This document shows, piece by piece, positions 48,740 to 58,531 of a DNA stretch of 64,000 nt; the stretch's first letter is position 1; each line of letters begins with the position of its first letter. The stretch comes from Bacteroidota bacterium (lineage in GTDB: Bacteria > Bacteroidota > Bacteroidia > 2-12-FULL-35-15): the NCBI GenBank assembly GCA_947449315.1, contig CANFRC010000014.1, positions 2,865-66,864 on the forward strand. Reading direction: 5' to 3'. The translations under genes and the position numbers were made by a program. The notes below the pieces were generated by a model. That model did not search any database. It was not told the origin of the DNA and worked only from the letters and a program-made list of their open reading frames with translations.

Positions 48740-50111
48740 GATTCCTGTATAAGGTAATCACTACAGCTCCTCTGCTAATTGAATTTTCTGGAACCCAGTC
48801 TTTTTTTATTTTAGTTAAGTCTTCTATCCTGTTTGTGTTTATTATGTTGCTGTATAAGAAATACCGATATGATTCAATCGGGTTCTTTTCTATATCAGTA
48901 TAAAAGCTGCACGTGTCATTCAAATAGGAATAGTTTGAGTTGTTGGTTAAAGGAAATTGTGATGCTATATCTTTTGTTTCAATTTTTTTTCCCTTGATAT
49001 AAGATTTCATTTCTTTATTCAAATTAAAATAGGGGATCATTTTAAGTGACGAATCCCATCCATTGCCATATCGCTGAGGATAAACAATAAAGTTGCCTCC
49101 AATTAAACTGATTGTTATAAGAGTAAAAAGAGTTCGTTTTGTTTTTATGTCTTTGAATTGTTCTAACACGTAGCAAGCAGCAATGTTAAGGGTCAAAAAA
49201 ATTGGTAAAAAATATTTATGTCCAATTGGATTTTTAATCAGGATCATAAAAAAAGACAATACAAATAAGGGGATAAAAATGAGTTGAATCAATTCATTTA
49301 TCTTCGGCATACCCTTCTTTTTTAATTGAAGAATAATAGCATAAATGAAAACGAGCCATAATGTTATTCGACCAAAATCAATGTTTTTCCAGATGATATA
49401 AACCAGCTGTCTGAATAACATTTTTAGGTCTCCGAATTGTTCAGTATTGTTTTCTCTGATCGGAGAAAAAATATACCAACCTGTTTGCTGCTGATGGTAA
49501 ATGGCCCAGAAAATCCAAAGCAGTAGGGAAGGGATATATGCTTTGACTAAACTAAAACGTATGTTACGGTTTTTAAGAAGATCAAATAAAAATAGAGAAC
49601 CCATCAACATTGTTCCTCGTATACTCATCAAACTGAGGAATATCAATGTAATGGCATACAGTATTTTTTTGTTTGAATAAAGTGAATTTAGTGCAAGTAA
49701 AAAAAAATAACATATGAACAGGTCGTAGCCCATTAAAATGGATTGTGTGATAAAAACTGGCTCAATCATCAATAACACCATCGAAAAAATAATTGTTTTT
49801 GAATTCAAAAAGCGGTTAGCTAATTTGAAGTATTCATAGGTGATTCCGAATAAAAAGGGAAGTATTGCGAGGTGCGAAACCGCAAGTGATTTACCAAAAC
49901 ATTTCCACGCAATAGTCAAATAGATTGAAAAAAAAGGGAATGCGCCGGTGTCGTTTGCTGGTAGAGCAATAAAATGATGAAATCCTGTTTCAAAAAAATA
50001 TACAGAAAGTCCAGAGAAAAAAGTGCCATCCCAAAAAAAAGGAATGTTTAAACTTACAAAAGTTAAAATAGAGAAAAACAGAAAAACAGGAAGTAATGTT
50101 TTAGTGTTCAT
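48729..50111 (-). CDS. GT-C glycosyltransferase, ArnT/PMT-like (GT39/GT83-type)
   Basis: 460 aa. Polytopic, with an early loop motif and overall ArnT/PMT-like helix spacing. Lies in an operon with an ArnC-like GT2. Confidence 0.55.
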   Translation of the reverse strand: MNTKTLLPVFLFFSILTFVSLNIPFFWDGTFFSGLSVYFFETGFHHFIALPANDTGAFPFFSIYLTIAWKCFGKSLAVSHLAILPFLFGITYEYFKLANRFLNSKTIIFSMVLLMIEPVFITQSILMGYDLFICYFFLLALNSLYSNKKILYAITLIFLSLMSIRGTMLMGSLFLFDLLKNRNIRFSLVKAYIPSLLLWIFWAIYHQQQTGWYIFSPIRENNTEQFGDLKMLFRQLVYIIWKNIDFGRITLWLVFIYAIILQLKKKGMPKINELIQLIFIPLFVLSFFMILIKNPIGHKYFLPIFLTLNIAACYVLEQFKDIKTKRTLFTLITISLIGGNFIVYPQRYGNGWDSSLKMIPYFNLNKEMKSYIKGKKIETKDIASQFPLTNNSNYSYLNDTCSFYTDIEKNPIESYRYFLYSNIINTNRIEDLTKIKKDWVPENSISRGAVVITLYRNPNF

Positions 50112-51042
50112 CTTGATTGCTTCGTATAATTTCTGTGATGCTATATTGTGGCTTATTATTGAGTGTTAAATACATTCTTCCGATGTATTCACCAATAATT
50201 CCTAACGTTGTTAAAACAAGGCCTCCGAAGAAAATAACAAGAACTACAACGGTTGTCCAGCCGGGGATGTAATTTTTTGCTATGAAATAATCGTACAGGT
50301 ATTTCAATGAAATCAGAAATCCGATGATAGTGGCAATGAATCCTGAAATCGTAGCTAATCTCAAAGGAAGAACTGAAAATCCTGTAAATAATTTCATAAA
50401 TACGGACAACGATTTAGAAAAAGTATAATTACTTTTTCCGCTGTGGCGCTGTTGATGTATTGTATCTATCTGTGTTAAATTTTGTGTTATTGTTAAAATG
50501 ATGCCATCGATGTAAGGATATGGCCCTGCGAATTTTGTTATTTCTGAAGTTGTCGATTTGTTTATTATTTTAAAGGGTGATAAGTAGATTCCGTTTGGTT
50601 TAGAAACAAGAAGTTCTGCTATCTTTCCGTTTATATTGCTTCCGACATTTTTGAAAACACTTTGTTCTTTTTTGTTGAAATTGGCAAAACAAACATCAAA
50701 CCCTTTTTTACATTCGGCATGTAACTTAATAATGTCTTCTGGATTGTGTTGAAGGTCGTCATCCATTATTACAGAATAGTTTCCTTTTGCAATGCGCAAT
50801 CCGGCAAGTAATGCGTTGTCTTGTCCACTGTTTTTTCTTAGGTTTATTCCTACTATCGAATTGTTGTTTTTAGCAAGTGCAGCTATTTTTTGCCAGCTAT
50901 TGTCTTTGCTGCAATCATTGATAAAAATAATTTCATATGTGCAATATGTCTGAAGTGCTTTAGAAATACATTGATATAATTCCTCAATTATTTCGGAACT
51001 ATTGTAAACTGGAATTACGATACTTATTTCTGTTGTTTTCAT
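50101..51042 (-). CDS. GT2 polyprenol-phosphate glycosyltransferase, ArnC/GtrB-like, with two C-terminal TM helices
   Basis: 313 aa. ISIVIPVYNSSEII, FINDCSKDNS and a DxD region (VIMDDDLQHNP). The C-terminal helices (FSVLPLRLATISGFIATIIGFLI and VVVLVIFFGGLVLTTLGIIGEYIGRMY) are characteristic of ArnC/GtrB. Confidence 0.8.
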   Translation of the reverse strand: MKTTEISIVIPVYNSSEIIEELYQCISKALQTYCTYEIIFINDCSKDNSWQKIAALAKNNNSIVGINLRKNSGQDNALLAGLRIAKGNYSVIMDDDLQHNPEDIIKLHAECKKGFDVCFANFNKKEQSVFKNVGSNINGKIAELLVSKPNGIYLSPFKIINKSTTSEITKFAGPYPYIDGIILTITQNLTQIDTIHQQRHSGKSNYTFSKSLSVFMKLFTGFSVLPLRLATISGFIATIIGFLISLKYLYDYFIAKNYIPGWTTVVVLVIFFGGLVLTTLGIIGEYIGRMYLTLNNKPQYSITEIIRSNQDEH

Positions 51043-51635
51043 CTGTTGATGACAATAATTAAATCTTTATCAAATTGTTTAACGATTCTAAAATTGAAAT
51101 TTAATTTATTACTTAATAAATTCATCTCTGCAGTTAAAGAATCCATCGTATATCGGAACACTTGTTTCTTGCCATTAATTGATGCAGAAGCCTTTGCCAA
51201 ATTACCAATAATTCCTTTATTATTTGAAAGATTAATCATTGGTTCGGAAATAATAAGCATGGGAGCACATGCTAGCATTTTTCTGAAAAGTTCTTCAGTA
51301 GATTCATGAAAGTGGTACATCGAGCCGCTCAAAATACAGGTGTCTGCTGTTGGGAAATGGTCTAAAGTTTCGATATTCTCTAATTGAGCGTTATACCCCC
51401 TTTTTAGTGCGGTTTTTACAAAACTTTCATTGATATCGATCCCCTTCCATTGGATACCATTTAATCTACAGAACTCAGCAATTACAGTATCTCCAAAGCA
51501 TAATTCAGTGACTTTCTTCCCAGTAATATGAGCTGTGATTTGTTTAAAACGTCCCGAATATCGGCCCTTGTAGATCAAATTCATGATCAGGCGGTATAAA
51601 AAGATGTTTTTGTATATAAAACTTGTTCGGCTCAT
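51039..51635 (-). CDS. Putative class I SAM-dependent methyltransferase
   Basis: 198 aa. A weak motif-I-like VTELCFGDT and an acidic loop after beta-2. First gene of the three-gene minus-strand operon (4-nt overlap with the GT2). Confidence 0.45.
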   Translation of the reverse strand: MSRTSFIYKNIFLYRLIMNLIYKGRYSGRFKQITAHITGKKVTELCFGDTVIAEFCRLNGIQWKGIDINESFVKTALKRGYNAQLENIETLDHFPTADTCILSGSMYHFHESTEELFRKMLACAPMLIISEPMINLSNNKGIIGNLAKASASINGKKQVFRYTMDSLTAEMNLLSNKLNFNFRIVKQFDKDLIIVINR

Positions 51636-51756
51636 CAGGCTTTCTTTCTACAAATATAATGAAGTAAGGCACTTTATCGGAGCAATAATCAATAGGAATT
51701 TTCGTTTGTTCAATGTTTGGATATTCGTGCAAATTAGTTTAATTTTATAACCAATT

Positions 51757-52836
51757 ATGAATAAAATATTAATAGCGATCTCTTTTGCTTTTTACAGCAT
51801 CGTTTCTTCTGTTTTTGCCCAAGCTCCGAAATACAGCAATGAGTTTTTAAGTATTGGTGTTGGCGCAAGAGCTTTAGGGATGTCAAACTCTCACATTACA
51901 TCAGTAAATGATGTAACAGCTGGGTATTGGAATCCAGCTGGCTTGTTGGGAATTGGTAGACAGCATCAAGCGGCATTGATGCATAGTGAATATTTTGCAG
52001 GAATTGCAAAGTATGATTATGGTGCTTTTGCTACGCGCTTGGATAGTTCAAGTGTTTTGGGTGTTAGTTTTGTTAGATTCGGAGTCGATGACATTCCCAA
52101 TACAACAGCATTAATAGATGCAAATGGAAATATTGATTACAGCCGCATCACTACTTTCTCTGCAGTAGATTACGCGTTTATTGTATCCTATGCAAAGCAA
52201 TTAAAAATTCCCGGATTACGTTTGGGAGCTAACGCAAAGATCATCCGAAGAAAAGTTGGTGATTTTGCTGGAGCCTGGGGTTTTGGTTTGGATGCGGGAG
52301 CACAATATGATCATAAAAAATGGAAATTTGCAGCAATGGCTCGCGATGTTACCTCTACATTCAATGCCTGGAGCGTAAATTTATCGGATGATACAAAACA
52401 AATCCTTTTATCGACTGGAAATGAAATTCCCGGCAACTCAGTGGAAATCACTTTGCCTAAATTATTATTAGGCGCTGCTCGTAAATTTGATATTACAAAA
52501 AAAATATCCTTGCTTGCTGAAATTAATGCTGATGAAACATTTGATGGAAAAAGAAATGTACTTATAAAAAGCAAAGCAATAAGTATAGATCCGCATATGG
52601 GCATTGAAGCCAGTTATATGAATATTATCTTTCTAAGAGCAGGTATTGGCAATTATCAGTCTTACACAGACGCTCTAGGAAAAAAAATAAATACTATCCA
52701 GCCGAATATTGGAGTGGGAGTAAAAATAAAAGCGGTATACATTGATTATGCTTTTTCAGATATCGGTGATCGTTCGGTAGTACTTTATTCTAATGTGTTT
52801 TCTATCAAAGTAGACATTAATAAAAAGATAAAATGA
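51757..52836 (+). CDS. FadL-superfamily outer-membrane beta-barrel, PorV(LptO)/PorQ-like T9SS-associated candidate
   Basis: 359 aa. Signal peptide, then SIGVGARALGMSNSHITSVNDVTAGYWNPAGL, i.e. the G.G.A.G.....D....YWNPA(G/A)L signature shared by FadL and PorV-type barrels. Terminal residues fit a barrel. Its stop overlaps the start of the PorU-like gene (ATGA). Confidence 0.45.
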   Translation: MNKILIAISFAFYSIVSSVFAQAPKYSNEFLSIGVGARALGMSNSHITSVNDVTAGYWNPAGLLGIGRQHQAALMHSEYFAGIAKYDYGAFATRLDSSSVLGVSFVRFGVDDIPNTTALIDANGNIDYSRITTFSAVDYAFIVSYAKQLKIPGLRLGANAKIIRRKVGDFAGAWGFGLDAGAQYDHKKWKFAAMARDVTSTFNAWSVNLSDDTKQILLSTGNEIPGNSVEITLPKLLLGAARKFDITKKISLLAEINADETFDGKRNVLIKSKAISIDPHMGIEASYMNIIFLRAGIGNYQSYTDALGKKINTIQPNIGVGVKIKAVYIDYAFSDIGDRSVVLYSNVFSIKVDINKKIK

Positions 52837-55800
52837 TAAAACGTTTACTTATTATATGTTTGTTTTTACTTTCTCTTTATGGCCTGAAAGCGCAGACATA
52901 TGGCAACGAGTGGATAAACTATTCGCAAAATTATTATCGAATTAAAATTGCTTCGAATGGCGTTTTCAGGATTGATTCTGCTACGTTATCTGTTGCCGGA
53001 ATTCCTTGTGGCGCAGGAGGAATTGATCCTCACAATTTCCAAATTTTTAATAAAGGGATTCAACAGCCGATATACGTTGAAGGTGAAGCAGATGGTCAGT
53101 TCAACACTTCCGACTATATTGAATTCTATGGTCAGAAAAATGACGGGGCACTCGATTCATTGTTATATGTGAATACCAGTTTTATTCCTAATCCTTTTTA
53201 TAGTTTAATCAATGATACAGCTGTTTACTTTTTGACCTGGAATAGTTCCTTTACAAATAGTAGGATGCAGGTTGTCTCTGATTTTTCTTTCGCTTCCTAT
53301 CTCCCAGATAATTTTTTTTTCAGGGAAGAAAATATTGATCTTCATTCAGGATATTATGAAGGTGCAACAGATCTTGTTGGTGGAACAGATGCGCGTTACA
53401 CAAAATCGGAAGGGTGGTTTGACGGAAACGTTATTGAGCTTGGATCATCAGTTACTTACGGAGTTTCTACACCAAATAAATTTAGTGGAGGTCCTAATAC
53501 CATCATTAAAACATTAGCTGTTGGAGCCTCCAAAGATGCTGGTCTTGTTGGAAATGATCACGAATTAAAAGTTGAATACAATAGTAATTTATTGGTAGAC
53601 ACCTCCTTCTCAGGTTATGAATCAAATAGATTTATTTATTCAGTTCCAACTGCAAATTTAGGAAGTTCGGTTACAAATTTTCAATATACAAGTGTCAATT
53701 CCGGTTTTGTTTCCAATCGTACTGCCGTATCTTATATTAGTGTGAAGTACCCTCATACAATGGATCTCGAAAGCCGCAACAGCTATTTGTTTTATGTTCC
53801 TTATAATACCATTCAGTCTAAATCTTTTTTTGTATTCAATAATTTCATTGCTTCCGGAGCAGTTCACGTTTATGATCTCACCAATGCAAAAAGAATAGAT
53901 GTTGTTCAATATGGAACCAATGATTCTGTTCTTATCGCAAATACGATTGGTGCGAGCGAAAAAAAATGTTTTATCACTTCAGATGGTTTCATTAACAATA
54001 TTTCCTCCATTCAGCCTGTAAGCAATACTTCTAAATTCACCGACTATTCATCCCTAGCCGTAGATTCTGCCTATGTCATTGTTACCAATAAATCTTTGAT
54101 GTCTTCTGCGCTCAATTATAAATCATACCGAAGCACAAATATCTATGGCGGATTTCATAATGTTGTACTTGCAGATATTGATGAACTATATGATCAGTTT
54201 GCATATGGTATTGTGAAAAGCCCCTTGTCGATCAGAAGATTTTCTGATTTTTTAATTCATACGTATCCCACTATACCTAAGGAATTATTTCTTATTGGTA
54301 AATCGTATCACATGCAGTTGGCCAGACAAGATCCATCTATTTATGATATTGATCTTGTCCCTTCCATTGGTAATCCTTCCAGCGATAATTTATTTACGGC
54401 AGGATTAAATGGGGGAGTTATTCGCTTAGGAATACCTACAGGCCGTTTATCAGCTAAATCATTAACGGATGTGGATACCTATTTAAATAAAATTCAGCAG
54501 TATGAAGACAAGGTATCCAATCCTGCTGCAGAATGGAAGAAACATATTTTGCATTTCGGTGGAGGAACTACTTCATCAGAGCAGGCAAATTTTAAGTCAT
54601 ATTTAAATGGTTACAAAGCGACTATTCAAGCCGAAGCATTTGGAGGATACGTCAGCGATTTTTTTAAAACGAGTTCCTTGCCCATCGAAATCAATACTTC
54701 GGATACATTAAAGGATTTTATGGATGAAGGTGTATCCTTGGTGACATTCTTTGGTCATGCTTCTGCAAGTGGTTTCGATCAAAGTATTGATGATATTAAT
54801 TCGTATAATCCTTTGCCAGGACATTATCCTTTCATGATTGCTAATGGATGCTATTCGGGGGATATTCATACTACCGAATTGTCTACATCTGAAAATTATG
54901 TGATCAATCCTAACAAAGGTATGATTGGATATATGTCGGTTGTTGGCTTAGGAGTTCCATATGCCTTAAATTATTTTACATCAGAAATGTACAAGCAAAT
55001 TTCCATAAAAAGTTATGGCAAAAATATAGGCTGGTGCATAAAACATACAATCGATTCAATTGAGACTGCTGCCATTTCAGACCCTTTGCTTATGGCTACT
55101 TGTAATGAAATGACACTTCATGGTGATCCTGCACTTGTTATCAATGCGAATGATAAACCCGATTATAAGATTACCAACAATGATGTATATTTTGATCTCA
55201 CACCTTTAGATTCTTTTGTTGTTTATGCCATCCGAACAAATTTGGGTAAAGCGACTAACGATACCATTTTTACCGAAGCGTTACGAACTTTTCCTGATGG
55301 AACAACACAGAGCTATAAAATATTTACTCTTGCTCCAAAATTCAAAGATACCGTGGCGATTAAGATACCTTGGAATTTTTCCAAAGATATCGGCTTAAAT
55401 AAAATGAAAGTGACATTGGATTTTTTCAACCGCGTGGATGAAATGGATGAAACGAATAACTCAACGAGTCCTGAAATCAATTTTATAATCTCTGGTGGAG
55501 ATATCGTGCCGGTTTACCCATACGAGTTTGCTATTATTCCGAAGGATACAATCACTTTGAAAGCATCTACAGCAGATATTTTCGCGCTACCCCGAAATTA
55601 TATTTTTCAAATTGATACCACCGATACATTTAACAGCCCGTTTATGTTAAGTTCGGGAGTTATTAATGCTCCGGGTGGTGTAGTGACTTGGAAACCCGGA
55701 ATTACATTTAATCCTAAAACTGTTTATTATTGGAGAGTAGGTCCTGATTCCACAAGCGCAACCAATGGTTTTAAGTGGAGAGAAAGCTCTTTTCAATATA

Positions 55801-57851
55801 TACCAAATAAGCGAGGATGGGAGCAAGCTCATTTTTTTCAATTTAAGAACGATAGCTATGTGTATGTGAATTATAACAGACCCATGCGCAAATTCGATTT
55901 TGTAAATGATTTAAAAAACTTACAATGTAACAATGGAATCTATCCGAATATTAATTGGGTGGATTTGGGGTATAAAATAAATGGAAGTGCAAAATATGTT
56001 TGGAGCTGGACAACCCCCGGTTTTACCATAGCCGTTTTTAATCCTGTTAGTTTTGATAATTGGAAATCTATTTCGCTTGGAACAGGTTTTTCTCAATACG
56101 GAAGTATTACAGGAGAAGTTTTAGGAAAAACAGATAATGCATTTGATTTTTATGAAAACGATTCTACCAACCGATCACAGATTACAAATTTCATAAATAC
56201 TGTAATTCCCGACGGATATTATGTGTTAGCATATTCTCAGTTAAATCATTCTATTCCTTCCTATGAAAACTCATTATATACAGCATTCGAATCGTTAGGC
56301 GCAGGAATGATTCGAACTGTTCCTCCTGATATCCCTTATATTTTATATGGAAAAAAAGGGAGTGCGATTGGAACGGCTAAAGAAGTTTTGGGAGCCTCAC
56401 CAACATCTGTAATTCAATTGGATACTACGCTGATCAGCAATTGGAATGAGGGTTCTGTCTCCTCTCCAATAATTGGTCCTGCTCTTTCCTGGGATTCATT
56501 GTCCTGGAAAAATCGCGCTCTTGAATCAGGTGTATCGTTCGATAGTATTGTAGTAAGAATGATAGGAATAAAATCAGATGGAACAGAAACAACGCTTGCG
56601 AATTTTGATACCACCATGCTGGATGTTCCTAATTTAAATTCGTATGTGGATGCAACAGTTTATCCGCGAATCAGGTTGGTTGCTTATATGAAAGATGACA
56701 GTTTGCATACTCCACCTCAATTAGATCGCTGGCAGGTTATATTTACGCCTGTTCCCGAAGCCGCTATCAATCCACCTATGGGTTATGCCATTAGCGATAC
56801 GATCATTCAGGAAGGGGATAATTTGAGAATTCATTTGCCCATTCAGAATATCAGTGAATTTCCTTTTACGGATAGTTTATTGGTTACCTATTGGATAGAG
56901 GACGATAACAGAGTGAATCATCTATTGCCTTCAAAACTGAAGAAAAAGCCATTTCTTCCGAGTGAATTAATTATGGACACAATAAGTATTAGCACAACAA
57001 CTTATAAGGGCAACAATGCATTGTGGGTTGAAGTGAATCCTATACATTCGATGGATACAGCATTTCAATCAAAAACGCAATTAGAACAATATCATTTCAA
57101 TAATATTGTGCGCATCCCATTTACTGTATCAACGGATAAAATAAATCCATTATTGGATGTTACATTTGATGGCGTTCATATTTTAAACAACGATATTGTT
57201 TCAGCAAAACCAAATATATTAGTTCAATTAAAAGACGAAAATCAATTTTTAGCATTGAATGATACCAATGATTTTAAAATATTTTTGCAGTCACCCACTT
57301 CAACCATAGCACAGCGTATATATTTTGGTGCTGACATGTCTTTTATTCCCGCTGTTTTGCCAAATAATAGTTGTAAAATAAATTATACACCATCCTATTT
57401 TCAGGATGGCAAATATCAATTGATTGTTCAAGCTAAAGACATCTCAAATAATCAATCGGGTGCTATAGATTACAAAATAGCGTTTGAAGTAATAAATAAG
57501 CCATCGATAACGGAAGTGATGAATTATCCGAATCCATTTTCAACTGCCACACATTTTGTTTTTACATTAACAGGCTCAGAAATTCCTACCTATTTTAAAA
57601 TACAAATTTTAACAATCACAGGTAAAGTTGTACGTGAAATTACAAATGATGAATTAGGGTTGATTCACATAGGTAGAAACATCACTGATTATGCTTGGAA
57701 TGGAAAAGATGAATTTGGTGATCAGCTTGCAAACGGTGTTTATTTGTATCGCGTTGTTACAAGTATTCGAGGCGAGGGAATTGATAAACGAGAAACAGAT
57801 GCAGACCAATATTTTAAAAAGGGATTTGGTAAAATGTATTTAATACGATAG
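52833..57851 (+). CDS. C25-family (gingipain-like) cysteine peptidase with T9SS C-terminal domain; PorU-like sortase candidate
   Basis: 1672 aa. Signal peptide. His...Cys dyad context FFGHASASGF ... FMIANGCYSGD as in C25 peptidases. The C-terminal ~90 aa NYPNPFSTATHFVFTL...ITGKVVREI...WNGKDEFGDQLANGVYLYRVV fit a T9SS CTD. Confidence 0.55.
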   Translation: MIKRLLIICLFLLSLYGLKAQTYGNEWINYSQNYYRIKIASNGVFRIDSATLSVAGIPCGAGGIDPHNFQIFNKGIQQPIYVEGEADGQFNTSDYIEFYGQKNDGALDSLLYVNTSFIPNPFYSLINDTAVYFLTWNSSFTNSRMQVVSDFSFASYLPDNFFFREENIDLHSGYYEGATDLVGGTDARYTKSEGWFDGNVIELGSSVTYGVSTPNKFSGGPNTIIKTLAVGASKDAGLVGNDHELKVEYNSNLLVDTSFSGYESNRFIYSVPTANLGSSVTNFQYTSVNSGFVSNRTAVSYISVKYPHTMDLESRNSYLFYVPYNTIQSKSFFVFNNFIASGAVHVYDLTNAKRIDVVQYGTNDSVLIANTIGASEKKCFITSDGFINNISSIQPVSNTSKFTDYSSLAVDSAYVIVTNKSLMSSALNYKSYRSTNIYGGFHNVVLADIDELYDQFAYGIVKSPLSIRRFSDFLIHTYPTIPKELFLIGKSYHMQLARQDPSIYDIDLVPSIGNPSSDNLFTAGLNGGVIRLGIPTGRLSAKSLTDVDTYLNKIQQYEDKVSNPAAEWKKHILHFGGGTTSSEQANFKSYLNGYKATIQAEAFGGYVSDFFKTSSLPIEINTSDTLKDFMDEGVSLVTFFGHASASGFDQSIDDINSYNPLPGHYPFMIANGCYSGDIHTTELSTSENYVINPNKGMIGYMSVVGLGVPYALNYFTSEMYKQISIKSYGKNIGWCIKHTIDSIETAAISDPLLMATCNEMTLHGDPALVINANDKPDYKITNNDVYFDLTPLDSFVVYAIRTNLGKATNDTIFTEALRTFPDGTTQSYKIFTLAPKFKDTVAIKIPWNFSKDIGLNKMKVTLDFFNRVDEMDETNNSTSPEINFIISGGDIVPVYPYEFAIIPKDTITLKASTADIFALPRNYIFQIDTTDTFNSPFMLSSGVINAPGGVVTWKPGITFNPKTVYYWRVGPDSTSATNGFKWRESSFQYIPNKRGWEQAHFFQFKNDSYVYVNYNRPMRKFDFVNDLKNLQCNNGIYPNINWVDLGYKINGSAKYVWSWTTPGFTIAVFNPVSFDNWKSISLGTGFSQYGSITGEVLGKTDNAFDFYENDSTNRSQITNFINTVIPDGYYVLAYSQLNHSIPSYENSLYTAFESLGAGMIRTVPPDIPYILYGKKGSAIGTAKEVLGASPTSVIQLDTTLISNWNEGSVSSPIIGPALSWDSLSWKNRALESGVSFDSIVVRMIGIKSDGTETTLANFDTTMLDVPNLNSYVDATVYPRIRLVAYMKDDSLHTPPQLDRWQVIFTPVPEAAINPPMGYAISDTIIQEGDNLRIHLPIQNISEFPFTDSLLVTYWIEDDNRVNHLLPSKLKKKPFLPSELIMDTISISTTTYKGNNALWVEVNPIHSMDTAFQSKTQLEQYHFNNIVRIPFTVSTDKINPLLDVTFDGVHILNNDIVSAKPNILVQLKDENQFLALNDTNDFKIFLQSPTSTIAQRIYFGADMSFIPAVLPNNSCKINYTPSYFQDGKYQLIVQAKDISNNQSGAIDYKIAFEVINKPSITEVMNYPNPFSTATHFVFTLTGSEIPTYFKIQILTITGKVVREITNDELGLIHIGRNITDYAWNGKDEFGDQLANGVYLYRVVTSIRGEGIDKRETDADQYFKKGFGKMYLIR

Positions 57852-57886
57852 TTCGTTATTGAATCGTATAGAATAAATAAAAAGTA

Positions 57887-58531
57887 ATGTACAATTGCTT
57901 AATCGTAAAATTGAATAAAATAAAAATTGCAGTTTTTGTTTTGTTATCTTTTTATTTTCAAGATCCCCTTGTTGCTCAATCTCCTTTCAGTCAAGTGTCA
58001 AGACCTGAAAAAGCTTGGGTAATCCTTCACCCTTTCAAAGCATTTGCTGCCTATCGAATCACAAAGGTTGTTGAAAGGGATGTTGATTCAATTTTAAAGT
58101 CTGGAGTGATTGGGAATGACAATAATGGCGGTTTGTTAGACGCATTTAAGCATACGTATTGGATGGCGTCATTAGCCCGAAAAATTGGTGTCAAACAATC
58201 ATTGAAATTAGGTAGAGCGCATGAGAAAGGAAATTTTCTTCAATTTAAACATCATCGATTAGAAGATAAACTTCTTCCCGATTCTGTTAGTTCAGAAATG
58301 GATCTTAGAAATAATTCGAAAGGAGTTTCATTGATCCTAAAAGGTGAAAATGTTTCTCAAAAAGAAATTCAGAAAATCGTTTTAGATACGTTATTTAAAG
58401 GGCAGCTGACGGTCATTAAAAAAGATGAACAAGGTCGCTATTTAACCTGTGATGGTGCGCTTATTTCTATGCGCGATTGGGAAGGGAAATGGAATATTCC
58501 TAAATGTTTAGTTTATTCTTTTGCACATTGA
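57887..58531 (+). CDS. Secreted hypothetical protein
   Basis: 214 aa. Signal peptide (IAVFVLLSFYFQDPLVAQ). No recognised family. Conserved-looking AFKHTYWMASLARK segment. Confidence 0.35.
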   Translation: MYNCLIVKLNKIKIAVFVLLSFYFQDPLVAQSPFSQVSRPEKAWVILHPFKAFAAYRITKVVERDVDSILKSGVIGNDNNGGLLDAFKHTYWMASLARKIGVKQSLKLGRAHEKGNFLQFKHHRLEDKLLPDSVSSEMDLRNNSKGVSLILKGENVSQKEIQKIVLDTLFKGQLTVIKKDEQGRYLTCDGALISMRDWEGKWNIPKCLVYSFAH

